The notes under the pieces are model-generated. The model was not told the origin of the DNA, searched no databases, and was given only the letters and a program-made list of their open reading frames with translations. Of a stretch of DNA of 64,000 nucleotides, positions 1 to 18,197 are shown piece by piece. Each line of letters starts with the position of its first letter. Position 1 is the first letter of the stretch. The DNA is from the human T2T-CHM13v2.0 reference genome, Homo sapiens. Location: assembly GCF_009914755.1 (NCBI RefSeq), contig NC_060926.1; one strand, given 5' to 3'. The translations under genes and the position numbers were made by a program.

Positions 1-107
1 TGTTTCCTTTTATCTTGAAGTGTTTAAAATCTTTCTAATATCTCCAATAAGCTAAATTGTCACAATGTTATGCCTTGGTTTATTACTCATTTGCTGGGTT
101 TTTGTGA

Positions 108-464
<357 letters not shown>

Positions 465-1150
465 TAGTTTATTCATGATTCCTTCTTGTCTATTTTCTTT
501 ATTTTCTCTTTCAGGAATGGTTATAACTTAAATTTGTTTTTCTGGATTGAATCTTCCGTTTTCTAATCTCTTGTTTCTTAGTTTTATGTTAGTACTCTAT
601 TTTCTGGAAATTTCTTCAAGTTTATATTTCATCTCTCTATAAGTTTTGATTTCTGCCACCATACTTTTGATTTCTAAGAGTTGCTCTAATTTGTGTTCTG
701 AATTTTCTCTTTTAGAACATCTTATTCTTGCTTCATTTGCTTTAGAATTAACCATCACACTCTTTTTTATCCTCTTTATAGAAAAAATGATCTCCAGATT
801 TCTACTTGGTTTGTGAGGGGCCATAATTGAATGACGTAGAGTTGGAGATGATATTTAGAGACATGATTACTTTTTGACTTGATTCTTCCTCATTTTAAGT
901 GCCCCCCTTTACTGCTAACTTCATAAATATCTGACGCTGTCAGTTCCTGTGACTTTTGAGGATTATCTGGTATAAATTAGGCTGATTCTTTACTTTCTTC
1001 ACTGTAGACTCAGAACTTTGTTGTCTTTAATTAATTTTCTTTCCAGTTTCCAAAATATTTTTGCTTTTGCTAATTTTTTTATTCTCATTCTCTTTGTGGT
1101 TACATATCTTTTTATCCTTTTGTTTTAAATTTAGAGTTGTTTTAAGAAGG

Positions 1151-1518
1151 TGTTATGACTGAATGTTTGTCTTGCCTAAATTCACATGTTGAAGTTCTAA
1201 CCTCCAATGTGATGGTATTTGGAGGTGGGAACGTTGGGAGGTAATTAGTTTTGGACAAGGTCATTAGGATGAGGTCCCAATGATAGAATTATAAAGTCCT
1301 TATTAAAAAAGGAAGAAAAACCAGGCCTCACTGTTTTCATGTGAGCATACAGTGTAAAGACTGCTATCTGTAAGCCAGGAACAGGTCCTCACTACTTACT
1401 AAATTTCTAGCACCTTGATCTTGGACTTCCCAGTCTCATAGTCTACCCAGGACTGTGATGAATGAATGGCCACCCAGTCTATGGAATTTTGTTATAGCAG
1501 CCTGAGCTGACTAATACA
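1151..1518 (+). mobile_element. MLT1A-type MaLR solo LTR
   Basis: TG...CA termini; TGTTATGACTGAATGTTTGT...GTTATAGCAGCCTGAGCTGACTAATACA; internal motif CACCTTGATCTTGGACTTCCCAG. Confidence 0.85.
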
Positions 1519-1664
1519 AAGGATGTAAAATTAGATTTGTATTTTTAATCCATCATCTTAACCTGGAACCTCCTTGACATCTTGGTTTTTGGGGGGAGAG
1601 CGGGAATTGAGGAAAGTCCAGAGCATAAGATACTGCTGAAAGGAGAACACTAAAATATGTTTAG

Positions 1665-2033
<369 letters not shown>

Positions 2034-3085
2034 GACCCTTGTTATCTTTCAGGGATGAGAAAGAGCAACGGGACTCATTGAGGGTAAGCATCACCTGCTT
2101 CAGCCTTTGATTTCTTAGCATTCCAGAGCCAAGGTATGGCTTCACGACATTCAGAAAAGTGAGGGAGACAGGATGTTTTCTGCTGTGGAGATGCATCAAA
2201 GAAGACTCCATTGCCAGTTTTAAGAGTGGCTAAATTTAAAACGGGGTGTATTCTGTGTAGGCGTGTGCTGGTAATGAATGTCTCAGCATGTAATTGCACA
2301 GTTCCTTGTGGCATATTTTTAAGTACTGTATTTGCAGATGACCTTTTACAGAGGTAAATTGCATATAAGGGGCTGTAAGTGCCACATTTAATAATGCTTC
2401 AGGGACATTAGGAAGAAAGTAACAGTTATTATTCGCCAATAGCCTGCCATTATTAACTTACAGGCAGGTTACTGAGCAGTGACCAACACTCAGCAACAGA
2501 TGTCTCCTTCTCCAGCTTTAAGAACTGATCACAACTAGCCAAGGCATATGCAAGATGTTAAGGGAAAAAAGTAGAAAAAATAAGATAGGAAAAGAAAAAT
2601 GTCTGGACTAGGAAAATCTAAATGACTCACCTTAAAAACGTATACTGATAAATGTTTCACTTTTACAAAGGCACAACAATCTTTGAACTGGCCTGAGGTG
2701 TAGGGAATCCTAGGTCTGTACCTGAGTTGGTTCATTTCCAGTTTTCTCCATTACACACACTGAGGGTCATTTTTCTGAAGATTTCCTGTTTAGCCCATCT
2801 CATATACAGTAACTAAATTAAAACATCACTGTCATTACTAGTGAAAAACTTTGAAGTGGCTTTTTTTTTCTATCTAGAGAATTAAGTGAAAATTCTTTGA
2901 TCTCATCATCAAGACCCCATAGTGTGAACTTTGCAAGACGACACCCCCGACTCCCCACTCCTTACTTCTAGGGGTTTCTGTTTAGGGCAGATTGCTCTCC
3001 TTTTTGTCTTTTAATGTAATATGTTCATTCCCAATTTCCTACTTTTGTTGTAATATTCTGACCTTCCTTCTGAATTATTCTACCC

Positions 3086-3267
3086 CAGGCATCAACAAAC
3101 TTCTGTAAAGGGTCAGATAATAAGCATTTTCAGCTTTGTGGGCTACATGCTCTCTGTTGCAACTATTAGATTCTATTCTGCTGTTGTATGAAAGCAGCAT
3201 AGATAACATGCAAACAAAGGGGTGGGGCCGGATTAGATTTTTAGTTCTTGTAGTTTACTGACCTCTG
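3086..3267. mobile_element. MER58A-like hAT-Charlie DNA transposon relic
   Basis: CAGGCATCAACAAACTTCTGTAAAGGGTCAGATAATAAGCATTTTCAGCTTTGTGGGC...TAGTTTACTGACCTCTG resembles MER58 with degenerate terminal inverted repeats. Confidence 0.75.
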
Positions 3268-5289
3268 CTTTAGCCTCCTGAATCTTGCTATTCTTGCCAT
3301 GAAAATCCCAAACTCCATGAACTCCATGAGACCATCCCAACACATCCTCTTGTCAGGTCCCTGAATGTGCCAAGACTTCCACATCATTGCCTTGAGAGTT
3401 GCTGCCCAGTCTCAGTCTGGCTAGTGTGCTTCTCTGACTTTCTTTTAAGGGGTTTCTTTTTCTCAGTTTCCTGGTCTTATGTCGGAAGCTGAACCACTAC
3501 TGGAACTGAGGGTTCCTTTGTTTGTTTCTCTCTTGTTGTCTTTCCTATAGTATTTTCTTTACCCTATCATGATACTTAAATATATCACACTAGATCAAAT
3601 CAAAGACAGTTTAAGAGCTTGGGTCACTACCATCCCAAGTCCATTATTATTAGTTCTCAGTTCAGCATTCTTTCCTCACTTACATCAGACCCAGAGAGAC
3701 ACAGAAATAGAATCTCCTTGGGGTTGCCAAAGATTGGCACAGAGATCAAGTCAGAGATGGAGGTGGGGAAAAATTTAGGTAAAGATTTCTCTCTTCCTTT
3801 CATCATCTTTCAATTAAACACCACCAACAATAAAACAAATATGAAGTACACAAGAAAATCCTCGCTAATCTATTTTTGAAAGAATGCTTTTCTTCTATGC
3901 TTTCTCCTGCCACCTGAGAGATAAAATGATTGAATTAATGAATCAGTATAGACCAATAGTAATCATGGATGTGTTTAGTCAGATCTGGCTTCTTTGCAAT
4001 TCTGGGTTTCTAGTAAAATATTCAGGCTTATTTTCCCATTCTGAGTTCTCAAATTTTTATGTGACATCTTGAGTATTTGGACTCAGGTAGTAACAAATGT
4101 TATGTTTGCTGGGTGAGATGTTCAATGTGAGTAGTCATGGCCGGGAAAACCTTACGGTTCCATTTTTCCTGTTAGCAAGCTCTCCAGATATTCTATGAGA
4201 ACTTACAGAAAGTAAATTTCAATAGAGACATCCACACCCACGAGGTTTAAAAACATGAAGCATAAACATATGAGAGTCAATATGATTTATTCTTCACTTT
4301 AGCTATTAGATAAAATGTGAATATGAAATTAGCAAATTAAATTAGATTGATATCTCATCTGGTTAGTAACATCATATTAATAGTTCAGTTAAGACCATTA
4401 ATTATTTTTATACCCCATATGACTAGTTCTTGTTTATAAGATGGCCTCTAAGGAAAGGAAATGCAGAGCCATCCATTACCAGCAGGCAGAGAGTGTGTGA
4501 CTTTTTAAGCACCCAGTGGTGTCTGTGGGCCACATGAACACTTGATTAGGAGTTCAGGTCATCATTAAAGTCACAGAGACAGGATGTGCTGTACAAGAAG
4601 GACAGCTGTTATCGTAATAGTTAGAACAAGGCACAAGAATCCCTCATCTGACATCCTCCTGGGTGTTTTCTATCACAACTCCCACCTGCTGCCTCACTTC
4701 TTATCATATCATTACTTAGAAAAATGATTGTAATGTGACTTGAGGTGAAGCCTTTTGAATTTTCATTAAAATAAAAAAAATCATTATAAAAGAAAAAAAC
4801 ACATTGTATATTCAGTGACACCTCTCTCACTTTTTCTTGAAAAGGACATGAATAATTTGGGAAAAATAAATTCATTATGTCATACTGGGATTTCCATATT
4901 AAATTATATTGTTTTGAAACCATATGGAACTGCCATTTAGACAGTCAAAAAGAGTTGAAAATTAGCAATTTCATATGGTTCAACTTAATAAGAGCTGTTA
5001 CTCATTGATCATTGTTTGTGTCAGAAAATCTATGAAAAAATCCTTATTTCCTTATTAATCTTCATAATCATCACAAGTAGTGATAGTAAATCTCCATCAG
5101 TTCCCATCTTCCTACCTTTGCCAAAGCCGCCCCACATGGACCTTCTTAGGCAAATGAAGTTTCAAGATCTGTCCTCCATCCCATTCCCCGCCCTGCACTT
5201 CCTACCCTAGCCCACACTTAGAATTGCCTCTCCTAAACTCTATTTTATGGAAATATTTGTGATGGTACTGCCTAAGACACAGGCGTTGT

Positions 5290-5415
5290 TATCGCACACG
5301 CTTAACAGATTGGGAAATGGAGGCTTAGGGAATCAGGAAGGAAGACAATTGGAGCAGCAATTAGGTAGGATTTGAACCCAGGTCATCTTGGCTTAAAATT
5401 CTGAGCTTCTTCAAC
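5290..5415. mobile_element. MIR SINE fragment
   Basis: MIR core-like ACAGATTGGGAAATGGAGGCTTAG and GGATTTGAACCCAGGTC. Confidence 0.55.
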
Positions 5416-5838
5416 AATTGCCATAGTATCTCTATGCTTGATGACTCAATCACCTGATATAAAGCACTGCGAAGGTGACCTAACACATTTGGGCCAAATT
5501 GCTAGAATTAACCTTATTCATATAGTCATGACAGATCAATAGAAATATTACTTTGTCCTTGTCCTTATGTAATGTCAAAGATCGATGAAACCTCAGAAAT
5601 GACCTGATGGTTCAGTGTCCCTAGGGGAATTTGCTACAAGTGAAATATTCCGGACCCCTTCTCCAAAGATTCCAAATCTAAGTCAGGGATAAGTCCACAA
5701 AGATTTACTTTTCTATAACCACCTCAGGTGAGCCCAGTGAGAAACTTCAGGAAAATCTTGGATAAATGTTAACCTAGTCCAGTTGCCTTATTTTATTTAT
5801 TTTTAAAAAATCTTTTTCACTTAATATTTTTTTCTTCA

Positions 5839-5930
5839 GGTCAGATGGGTAATGTGCCCATTCGAGGGTGGCACATCTCACACACGTGCATGAACACCCG
5901 ATCATCTATGCTCATGAAGTACAAAAGGAT
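5839..5930 (-). pseudogene. SNORD13: U13 snoRNA (SNORD13) retropseudogene
   Basis: Reverse complement ATCCTTTTGTACTTCATGAGCATAGATGATCGGGTGTTCATGCACGTGTGTGAGATGTGCCACCCTCGAA-TGGGCACATTACCCATCTGACC matches U13 with a ~13-nt internal deletion; T-rich tail 5797-5838; TSD TTGCCTTATTTTAT at 5783-5796 and 5934-5947. Confidence 0.93.
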
Positions 5931-7380
5931 TGATTGCCTTATTTTATAGATGAAGAAAGTCACTTGAGATGTGAAGCTATTTAACTTACTGCTCTGTTGG
6001 TACCATTGGTACTAGGACTAAATTTAGGTCTCTGAACTCATAATCAAGTGGACTGATTCCTAAACTTTAACCACAGACCCCAGAAATGCAGGTGTGTGGT
6101 AAGCGTTATTAAAGGTTAAATAAATAACATGAGTCACACACACAGTATTTATCAACAAGCACAGCGATGGCCTTTTGATTGAAAGTGGATCTGTTATTAG
6201 GCCTCCACTTGCCAGCTAGCCTAGCTCAGCTGGGGACACCAGAAGTCAGTTCAGGCCTAAAAGTAATCAAACTGAAGACTGGTTGAAACTTCTAATGAAA
6301 TCTTCAAACAGAACCTTCCCCAGAAGTCTAGTCTAGTTGTTCCAAACCAGACTAGTCTGGGTTGGAAATACCAACTTCAGGTTTTTAGAGTAAACATGTA
6401 AACAATGTCCTCTGTAGAAATGGACCTAAAAGAAGCCTGATCTTTGGACCTCCTAAGGGATGCTATGTGTTTGGACAAGGTCTTGGATTTATCCAATCAA
6501 ATGCTTACTTGAGTGGTTTTGTAGTAATTCCTTGTATGTGGTGAAAAGGCGGAGTGAACAAGAATCTCCAGATCAGAGATATGGGGAGGGGACAGGAGAG
6601 TATAATGAATTCCCTCCTAATACACACTAGTACCATGTGGATGGCAGCTGTGAGCTCCTTGCACTTGGTGAAATGGTCACCTGGTGTGTGATGCAGTACC
6701 TGCACCTCCATGCAAGACCGTAGACGTGGGGAGCCTCTACTTCCATCTGGGAGCATGCTATATTGCCTCTGTCAATAACTATCTCTATAAATTTTAAAGT
6801 TTCGGTTCAGATATAACTTTTGCATCCTTTATCTGTGGCTGTTGGTGTCTTTCCATCAATCATGTCCCATGGCCCTGTTGTGATAACCATGCACCCACAG
6901 TCCTCAGTTCATGTAAGCATACACAATGAATAGTAATGAAGATGATGCTTTGGACATGCCACGTCTATTTCTGCAAGTCTCTATAAATCCAAGTCAAGGT
7001 CCTAAGGTGCCTGCAGGTGCCCCACAGAATTCTCTTCTGAAGCCAGTTCTTCAGCCTCCATATCTATTTAGTCTTTGTTTCATCCTTCTCTGCCCTCTTG
7101 ATGTTGTTAGTCTATTTAACAGGCATCTATTATTTAGGCATCTAAGCCTCCATTCCATCTGGAAAGCTGTCTACGCTTTTGTGAAGACCTGGATGATCCC
7201 TGTCCACTGCCCACAGTCAAGGGTGAGGGGCGGCTCAGCAGGCATATCCCTGCTCTTACCTGCTGCCTCCCTTCCCTGCTTGTTGGTTGATTGTGCTCAG
7301 TGCCCATCGAGGTAGGGCTTCAGCATGCCCTGATGTCCGCAATTCTCTCTCAACCAAGACTTCAGCACAACACAAGGAGT

Positions 7381-7720
<340 letters not shown>

Positions 7721-9300
7721 TAAAACCAGAAAGAACTAATACAGGTGCTCACAGAATCAACTGTAACATGATTTTATCTAAAAATCTGCCCTTTTCAATT
7801 CCAACATTTGATTTTCGGGCAAATCAGTTATTTCTTACGAAATTAAAAACTGAATTCTCATAGGATTTCAGAAATGACTCTGATTTCAAAGTGCAAACTG
7901 CTTGAAAGCCTGAACTAACCACTTAACATGAACTACATCCCAAAACTCTAATTCAGAAATATTATGTTATCTCCTTTGTAAAAATCTTCCTGTGGTGTGG
8001 TACTTAGCACTGGGGTCACTTCTGACCACCAATATGGAGAAATGAAACATTTTTTATGTGATTATCTTCTTTTACTCATCCTTGCTCTTAAACGCTGTTT
8101 CTCTTTGATGCCCTATGTTTATTTTAGATCATTTTCCAAGTCTTTTAATGTTTTCTAATCCTGCCCCTGCCCTCCTTATGTGACTATCTAAAACTAAGCA
8201 AAACAAAGCCCACCTAATTCATATTAAAATGTATTGCAGACCAATGACTTACCCATATATCAAGGAATTATTATAGAATAAAATATATAAACATAAAGAA
8301 CTCAGATCAGATAGTCTTGGATGGATTATAAGGCATTATTTTGATTTTATGTGGCCTGACATGATTATTGTGAGCACTAATGATCATTTTTCTAATATTG
8401 GGTGACAACATGATTACTTGGTTTTGTTGTATGCATCGTAAACAGATCCTTTAAAAAGCAAAACCTTGCACTGACAAAGTGAATTAGACAGTTTGTAAGT
8501 ATGAAAATAAAGAAACATTTATATAGCTTAAAATATCCCTAGTAAAGAGCCTATTTCTGAGAGAAGGGTAAAAATTTTTGAGAACAGAATTCTTTGAAAA
8601 ACATAATCGTGCTAGGGAGGAAAGATGCCAGATTCTCTGGAATTTTTGAACTCAGATATAAACTGACTGATCTAAATATAGGGAGTTACTTTGTAAATTG
8701 AAAACGCATTAGGACATTTTACCCCCACTCCCATGGGAATGCCTTGTCTGGAATAGATGTGCATAGGGCCATATTTTGTTTGGTTTGAAAGGAGCGTGAA
8801 GATTGAAGGGCATTTTGGTCCTGCTTTGATTATTGTAATGCCAACACACTTTTGTTTGATGCAAGCCTGGTGACTCCTGGCGAGAAGGGAATTATGCTTG
8901 TGGAACGAGAGATTTTCTGGATGAAGAAAAGAACACGACAGTCTCAGTTTTCTGTCACATTCTGAATTAAATGTAAAAATACATGTTTGTCCTTCCTAGA
9001 ATGCTGCATCAACTCTAGGTGATTTAGATACAGTTTAGAGAAGACCCTTCAAATGCCAATGACCTTCCAGAATGCATTACATCTTAATTTAGAGTAACAC
9101 TAGCAGACATGGAGAAAAATTAGTTGGGTTTACAAAATAGCCAAACCAGGTTACTGGGATCCTGAGGGGCAACAAAAAGCCCTGGCTTTGCCTTCATCTT
9201 AGTTTACACAACACATTCCAGTTTCATGGATCTATAAATACCATTTGACTTTCTCAAATAATAAATTAGCGGCTCCCAAGAGGAAATGAAAATAAAAAAA

Positions 9301-9503
9301 GTCAAGTGATTCTTTTGCCTCAGCCTCCTGAGTAGCTGGGATTACAGGCATATGCCACCACACCGGGCTAATTTTGTATTTTTAGTAGAGATGGGGTTTC
9401 TCCATGTTGGACAGGCTGGCCTCGAACTCCTGACCTCGGGTGATCCACCCGTCTCAGCCTCCCAAAGTGATGGGATTACAGGTATGAGTCACTGCGCTTA
9501 GCC
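9301..9503 (-). mobile_element. AluS lacking its 3' ~80 nt and polyA tail
   Basis: Starts at GTCAAGTGATTC (mid right arm) and runs to the Alu 5' end; flanked by TGAAAATAAAAAAA (9287-9300) and TGAAAATTAAAAGA (9504-9517). Confidence 0.9.
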
Positions 9504-11105
9504 TGAAAATTAAAAGATTTTGAAGCTTCTCATGGAGAAAGAATTATAAAAGTTCAAAGCTAGAAGGGGAAAAAAGAAACAATACATCGATTAGATGCAA
9601 CTAGCACAGATCAGAACCAATTCTTGTTTAATTCTCCCACCACCCTCCAGCTTCATGTTGCTATCCTCCTCTGGCCAATGAACCTGAAGGTCAGAGTAGA
9701 TTTCCAAAAGTCGCAGAGCTATTAAGCATTCCAGACGACCCTTCATTTTCTACTACCTCTATCTGATAGGACACAGAATTAAGAGAAACTCCCAGGGCAG
9801 GGTCAAATATTTCCACCAGGACTGCCGAGAGCCTTGGTTTCCTCTAAAACAAATACACTGGCTTTTCACAGCCAAACAGACCTTGTATTCAGGGCTAAGA
9901 GATGAGTTCTAAGTATCTGTGTGGTCCCAAGCATACCGTTTTCTGGGTGGCCCACTCAACATGACAGAGCCTCCAGTGAAGTTTCTCTCCTTTAATTAAT
10001 TTCATTAGTTTTGTCTGGTAGTCTAGTTCTACCCTGTGGACTATTTATGGGGTCCTGGTTCCTGTCTAACTCTTTCCCCTATCTCATCCCCCAGGGACCC
10101 AGGGCCTTTGCTTTGCTAATTCTCAACCACCCCCACATTTCCACTGAAGAGCTCAGAATATCTTGAGCCCTTGTCTGAGAACCTCAAATATCTGAATGTC
10201 TTCTCCTCCAATCTCTGTCATTTAGTCCACTATGCCTGAAAACTTCTTAATTCCTTTCAGAAAGTAAGACCATGCATGTTTGAAGACTCTGACCTTTAGA
10301 AATTGCATCCTTATATCAAACCCAAATCCTTCTTCCTGTGGCTATTACCTAAGTCATCCTGGTTCTTAAATTGACTTTTTTTTTCTTTTTCTGAAGGCTC
10401 ACAGCAAGTAGGTGACCAAGTTAAGCGCCATTTCTTACAGCAAATGAAAAATATCTGGAATTGATTCAAGTTCCTAGGCTCAAGATGACATTCATTCATT
10501 TACGCAAAATACATTTTTTTGAGTGACTAATAGTACCCACTGTCCACATCAGTGGGCAAAAGCCATGAGAAATAAGTCTGATCTCTCTTCCCTAGGAAAA
10601 AACCTTTAAATCGTCAAAGAAGACAGTTATCTTTTGACCACTGAGTCATCTCCAGGCTTACAGGCTTCATGTATCTAGTTCTTTCTGTCTGTGGTATGAC
10701 CTCTTCTTTTAGAGGAGGTCTCATTAGAATATAAGTACCAAAAAGCTATGGACTACATTGTGTTCCTCTTTACATACACTGTGGCTAGCAAATTGTTAAT
10801 GCTTAATACGTAGCTTTAAAAATAATATGAATACATCATGATTATTTCTGGAACTCTTCTAATCTGAGCTGAAATTTGAACTGAGTCTCTTTTAGCTAGA
10901 ATTTACAAACTTACTTCCTGAATGAAATGGAATCAGTGAAATAGAAATCATTTTACATTGAAAGGGAAAAGATTGATCATAACGTGATGTTTTAAGCAAA
11001 CAACAACAAAATTAGAACATAAATGGTCTAATCAGGTCAGAAGTAGGCATTACAAGAAAAAGTAAGCTTACAACTGCAGGCAAATCAGAGATTCTGGAAC
11101 ACATA

Positions 11106-11527
11106 GGTATTAGGCTGATTTTGCATTGCTATAAAGAAATACCTGAGCCTGGGTAATTTATAAGAAAAGAGGTTTAATTGGCCCACAGTTTTGCAGGCTT
11201 TACAAGAAGCATGGCACTGGCATCTGCTCAGCTTCTAGGGAGGCCTCAGGAAGCTTACAATCATGGCAGAAGGTGAAGGGGGAGCAGGCACCTCATACGG
11301 CGAAAGCAGGAGCAAGAGAGAGAAGTGGGGGCGTGCCACACACTGTCACATGACCAGGTCTCACGAGAACTCACTATTGTGAGGACAGCACCAAGGGGAT
11401 GGCGTTAAACTATTCGTAAGAAATTAACTCCCACGATCCAATCACCTGCCACCGGGCCCCACCTCCAATACTGGGGATGACAATTCAACATGAGATTTGG
11501 GTAGGAACCAATACACAAACTGTATCA
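11106..11527 (-). mobile_element. MSTA-type MaLR solo LTR
   Basis: GCATTGCTATAAAGAAATACCTGAG...CATCTGCTCAGCTTCTAGGGAGGCCTCAGGAAGCTTACAATCATGGCAGAAGG...CAATTCAACATGAGATTTGGG, characteristic of MST/THE1 LTRs. Confidence 0.88.
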
Positions 11528-11533
11528 ATATCT

Positions 11534-14508
<2,975 letters not shown>

Positions 14509-14656
14509 GAATTAAGGATATCAGGAGCTTTAGGTTTATTTATTCAAATGAAGAATTTCCCAGAAGGTGATTTGATTCTTAGCAGCAGCATAGCTTAAAG
14601 CTCTCACCAGCAGAACCCACCATTTTCCTATGGATATTTTTCAAATATGTATTTAG

Positions 14657-14797
<141 letters not shown>

Positions 14798-15148
14798 TAG
14801 GTTTTTACCTTTGAACTCCTAGTACTTTGTGCCAATGCCAATTAGTTGTGAATTTACTCTTGTACTATCCTCTGGCATCTCTTAAACTATCATTTCCTTT
14901 GTGATATTTTACTTTTCTTGCATGTATTCTTTGTTTCTTTAAGCAGAGTAAAGTCATTTTTTGTAAGAAGTGCAATGTCTTTCACTTCTTTATGTATCTC
15001 ATGAAGTCTGTAAGAATGCTATTCTACTAATCAGACCGGGCAAACATGCTGTGACACATAGACTCACCGATACGTAATGGCTGAAATGTAACAGAAGTTT
15101 AGATCTTACTCACTTAACCAAGGCTGGCATTCTTGTTCCTGTTCATGA

Positions 15149-15547
<399 letters not shown>

Positions 15548-17699
15548 CATGGTCCTAGTCTTAAGACTTCGCTTACAAATGCAAACATTATTTCCAGTCA
15601 GTGTTATTGGAGAGATGAGTCATATGGTCACACTAGGGGCATAGGAGACTGGGGATGTGATATAGTCCTATCCTGGGCAACCATTTCCTAGACACAGATT
15701 TATACCCTGAAATACAAAACTGGATTCTGATGGACAGCTAGCTTTCTCTGCTAAGCACAAAGTCGAGTTTAACAAATATTTGTTGATCTATTTATATTAG
15801 CAGTAAAGATCAAATTGCTTTTATTTCTCCTTTGAACAGTGCTATTAAATATCTCGGAAATTTTAGAAAACTCTGTAATGATGTGCAGTAGATTATGCAT
15901 TTCTTCAACAATGATTTGAAAGATTGCTGATGTTTATCTAGGGAGATGTGAAGCAATTTAATATTATTAATTACTAACAAACGGATAAGATTTACAAGAA
16001 TTGTCAAAGCTTAAAGCTCCAAATAATCATTTCTCACACAAGAAAATTTATTATGCCATTATGCTTATTTCTATCAGCATTCCTAAAGTGCGATCACTGT
16101 TTGCTATTAAATTTTTATTGCACATTTAATTTATCTTTCCCTCTAGTGGGGAAACATACTAGAGAATTCATTTGACACTAGTATCATCTCCCCTTCTTTT
16201 TTTTCTCACCACTTCTGCACCCCCTGAAATAGATAGGAATATATTTGTATCTTGGTATTAAGTATACAAGAGCTGAAGAGAACAATGCCTACTGCTGCCG
16301 GAAGGGAATTACCCAGCCTGAATTAGCTTTATGAAGAACCAAGTGGACTTCTGTTATAAATACCCACTTTCGGTGGTTGATAAAGAATTCTGGGAAAAAA
16401 TCCATTTATAAGCTAAAGCTTGGTTTTCAGCGATTAAAACAGAAAGCAATTTTGGTTTTCAAGTATTAAAGGCAGACTGCGTGTTAAAAGTTGGGGTTGG
16501 GGGGCTATTTAGTTTATAAAGTGCTGTATTGAAAATGACGTTTTATGTTTCTGAAGGTATGCGTTTTATGTGCAAAGCTTGACAAACTTGTTCCCCATCC
16601 CACTCCCTACCCTAAGAGTTGAATCAGGAGGAAAACAGTGATATAGGATCTGAAAACGCGTTTGTTGTCACCAAGGCCTTTCTCTTAACAGGGCCAGATT
16701 CAGTGGAAACACGATCAGCCCTGATACAGTGGAAGCCTTCTCTTGATTTTCAGAAAGATTTCTAGCTCTTGGGCCTAATTCACTAAGACAGAAGTCAGAT
16801 TGTGTTATTGATTAATCTGAAGCTTTAGTCTCTCACAGGATTTGATAACACACCGCAACTGTTTTCTTCACACTGAACAACTACCAACGTTTTGTTTGTA
16901 TTTTGGGTAAGAGGCTGAACTTGACAAAATATCAATGATCCCATTTCTAGTGCCTCAGTGAGGCTATATTTTTTTCCTTTGACTTAACAGTGCGGCCTGA
17001 ACATCTGGTCTACTGAACTCAGGAGGGAGTGCATAGAAGTCTTACCTCTCCCGGGAAGAATCTGCGAATCCTTCAAAGAGTTGTCATTACAACTTCAATA
17101 CACCCTTATTGTCTACTCCTCTAAGAGCACTTTTCCCCTCCATCCCACCCTATGTATTTCATCTACATATTTGCCAATGACTATGTTTGTCTGTTTCCTT
17201 ACAGACATTGACACGAATGCCCTGAAAGACAATGAAATTCATGCTCCAGAAGAAGTAGGATTTAGAGCTGACATTTACAGAGTTTCCACAGTGGATAGTA
17301 GATCAATCAGGGCTTTAGGTGTTGCTGAGTAATTTTTCCAACTTTCTGTTGCTACCTGGCTGTAACAGCCAGAAGAGGAAGAGTGACAGCCCCACCAAAA
17401 TTGAGCTGCCTTCCTTACTCACCTTCTGACATCACCGTCCTGGAACCTCATGCATTACCCTCAGCCTTGGCACATTATCTGCCTGGCTTCTGCATTGGCC
17501 ATGGCATACTCATGCAGCCATACGCTCTAAAGTCTCCTGTCAGCCTCGGAACCACCAGTGGGGCAAGCTCTCCCTTCCATTACTGATTGCTATAGTATTA
17601 ATAGAATGCCCGGGCTCCTGGCATCCCTGGCCTAAGGGACTATACCTCTCTCCACGACCCGGTGCTTAGTAGGTGCTCAATAAATGTTGTCTCCATGTT

Positions 17700-18149
17700 G
17701 TTTAGCACTTGGATTGATCTGTTCCAAAGGCGCCAGCCCCTTCCCTTGAACTGATTTCCAAGTTTCCTCCGCTGTGTGAGAATTAACAATAGCAATGCCA
17801 TTTTTCTACCTTGGTGACTGTGTTTCCTACCTCGGTGACAGTGTTCCCAAAAACAAAGCAAAGGTCAACCTCACTCATACCTTTAACAGAGCATAAGAAC
17901 CCTGACCACAACAAAGCCTGACTGGCCCTGACTGCATCCCTCCCCAGCCCCTTATGGTTCCAACCTGCCAGCGCTTCCCCAACCCCTCCCCTATAGAAAC
18001 TGGATTATAAAAACCTCAGCTTACAGGCAATCAGGATCTCAGCCAGATTCCTGGCTGGGAACTCTCACAGGCTTATTCTTGTAAATACACCTATTTGGCC
18101 ATTGAGTTGCCTTGTCTCTCATTTCCTTCCTTTAAAAATCTCCCTAACA
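17700..18149 (+). mobile_element. Possible old solo LTR
   Basis: TATAAAA at ~18006, downstream polyA-signal-like stretch and a CCCTAACA terminus; family not recognised. Confidence 0.3.
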
Positions 18150-18175
18150 CTCTGAGATTTTTCAAGACAGACAGA

Positions 18176-18197
18176 CACACAAACACACACACACACA
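18176..18197. repeat. Imperfect (CA)n microsatellite
   Basis: ACACACAAACACACACACACAC seen directly. Confidence 0.85.

Noticed and set aside
6926-7315. 129-aa ATG-initiated ORF
   Set aside because: No recognisable domain, splice structure or promoter; length compatible with chance.
17190-17332. Acceptor-like TTTCCTTACAG, and donor-like CAG|GTAAGG (~19155) and AAG|GTAAGC (~46639)
   Set aside because: Isolated splice-like motifs are common, and I could not assemble a coherent exon chain.
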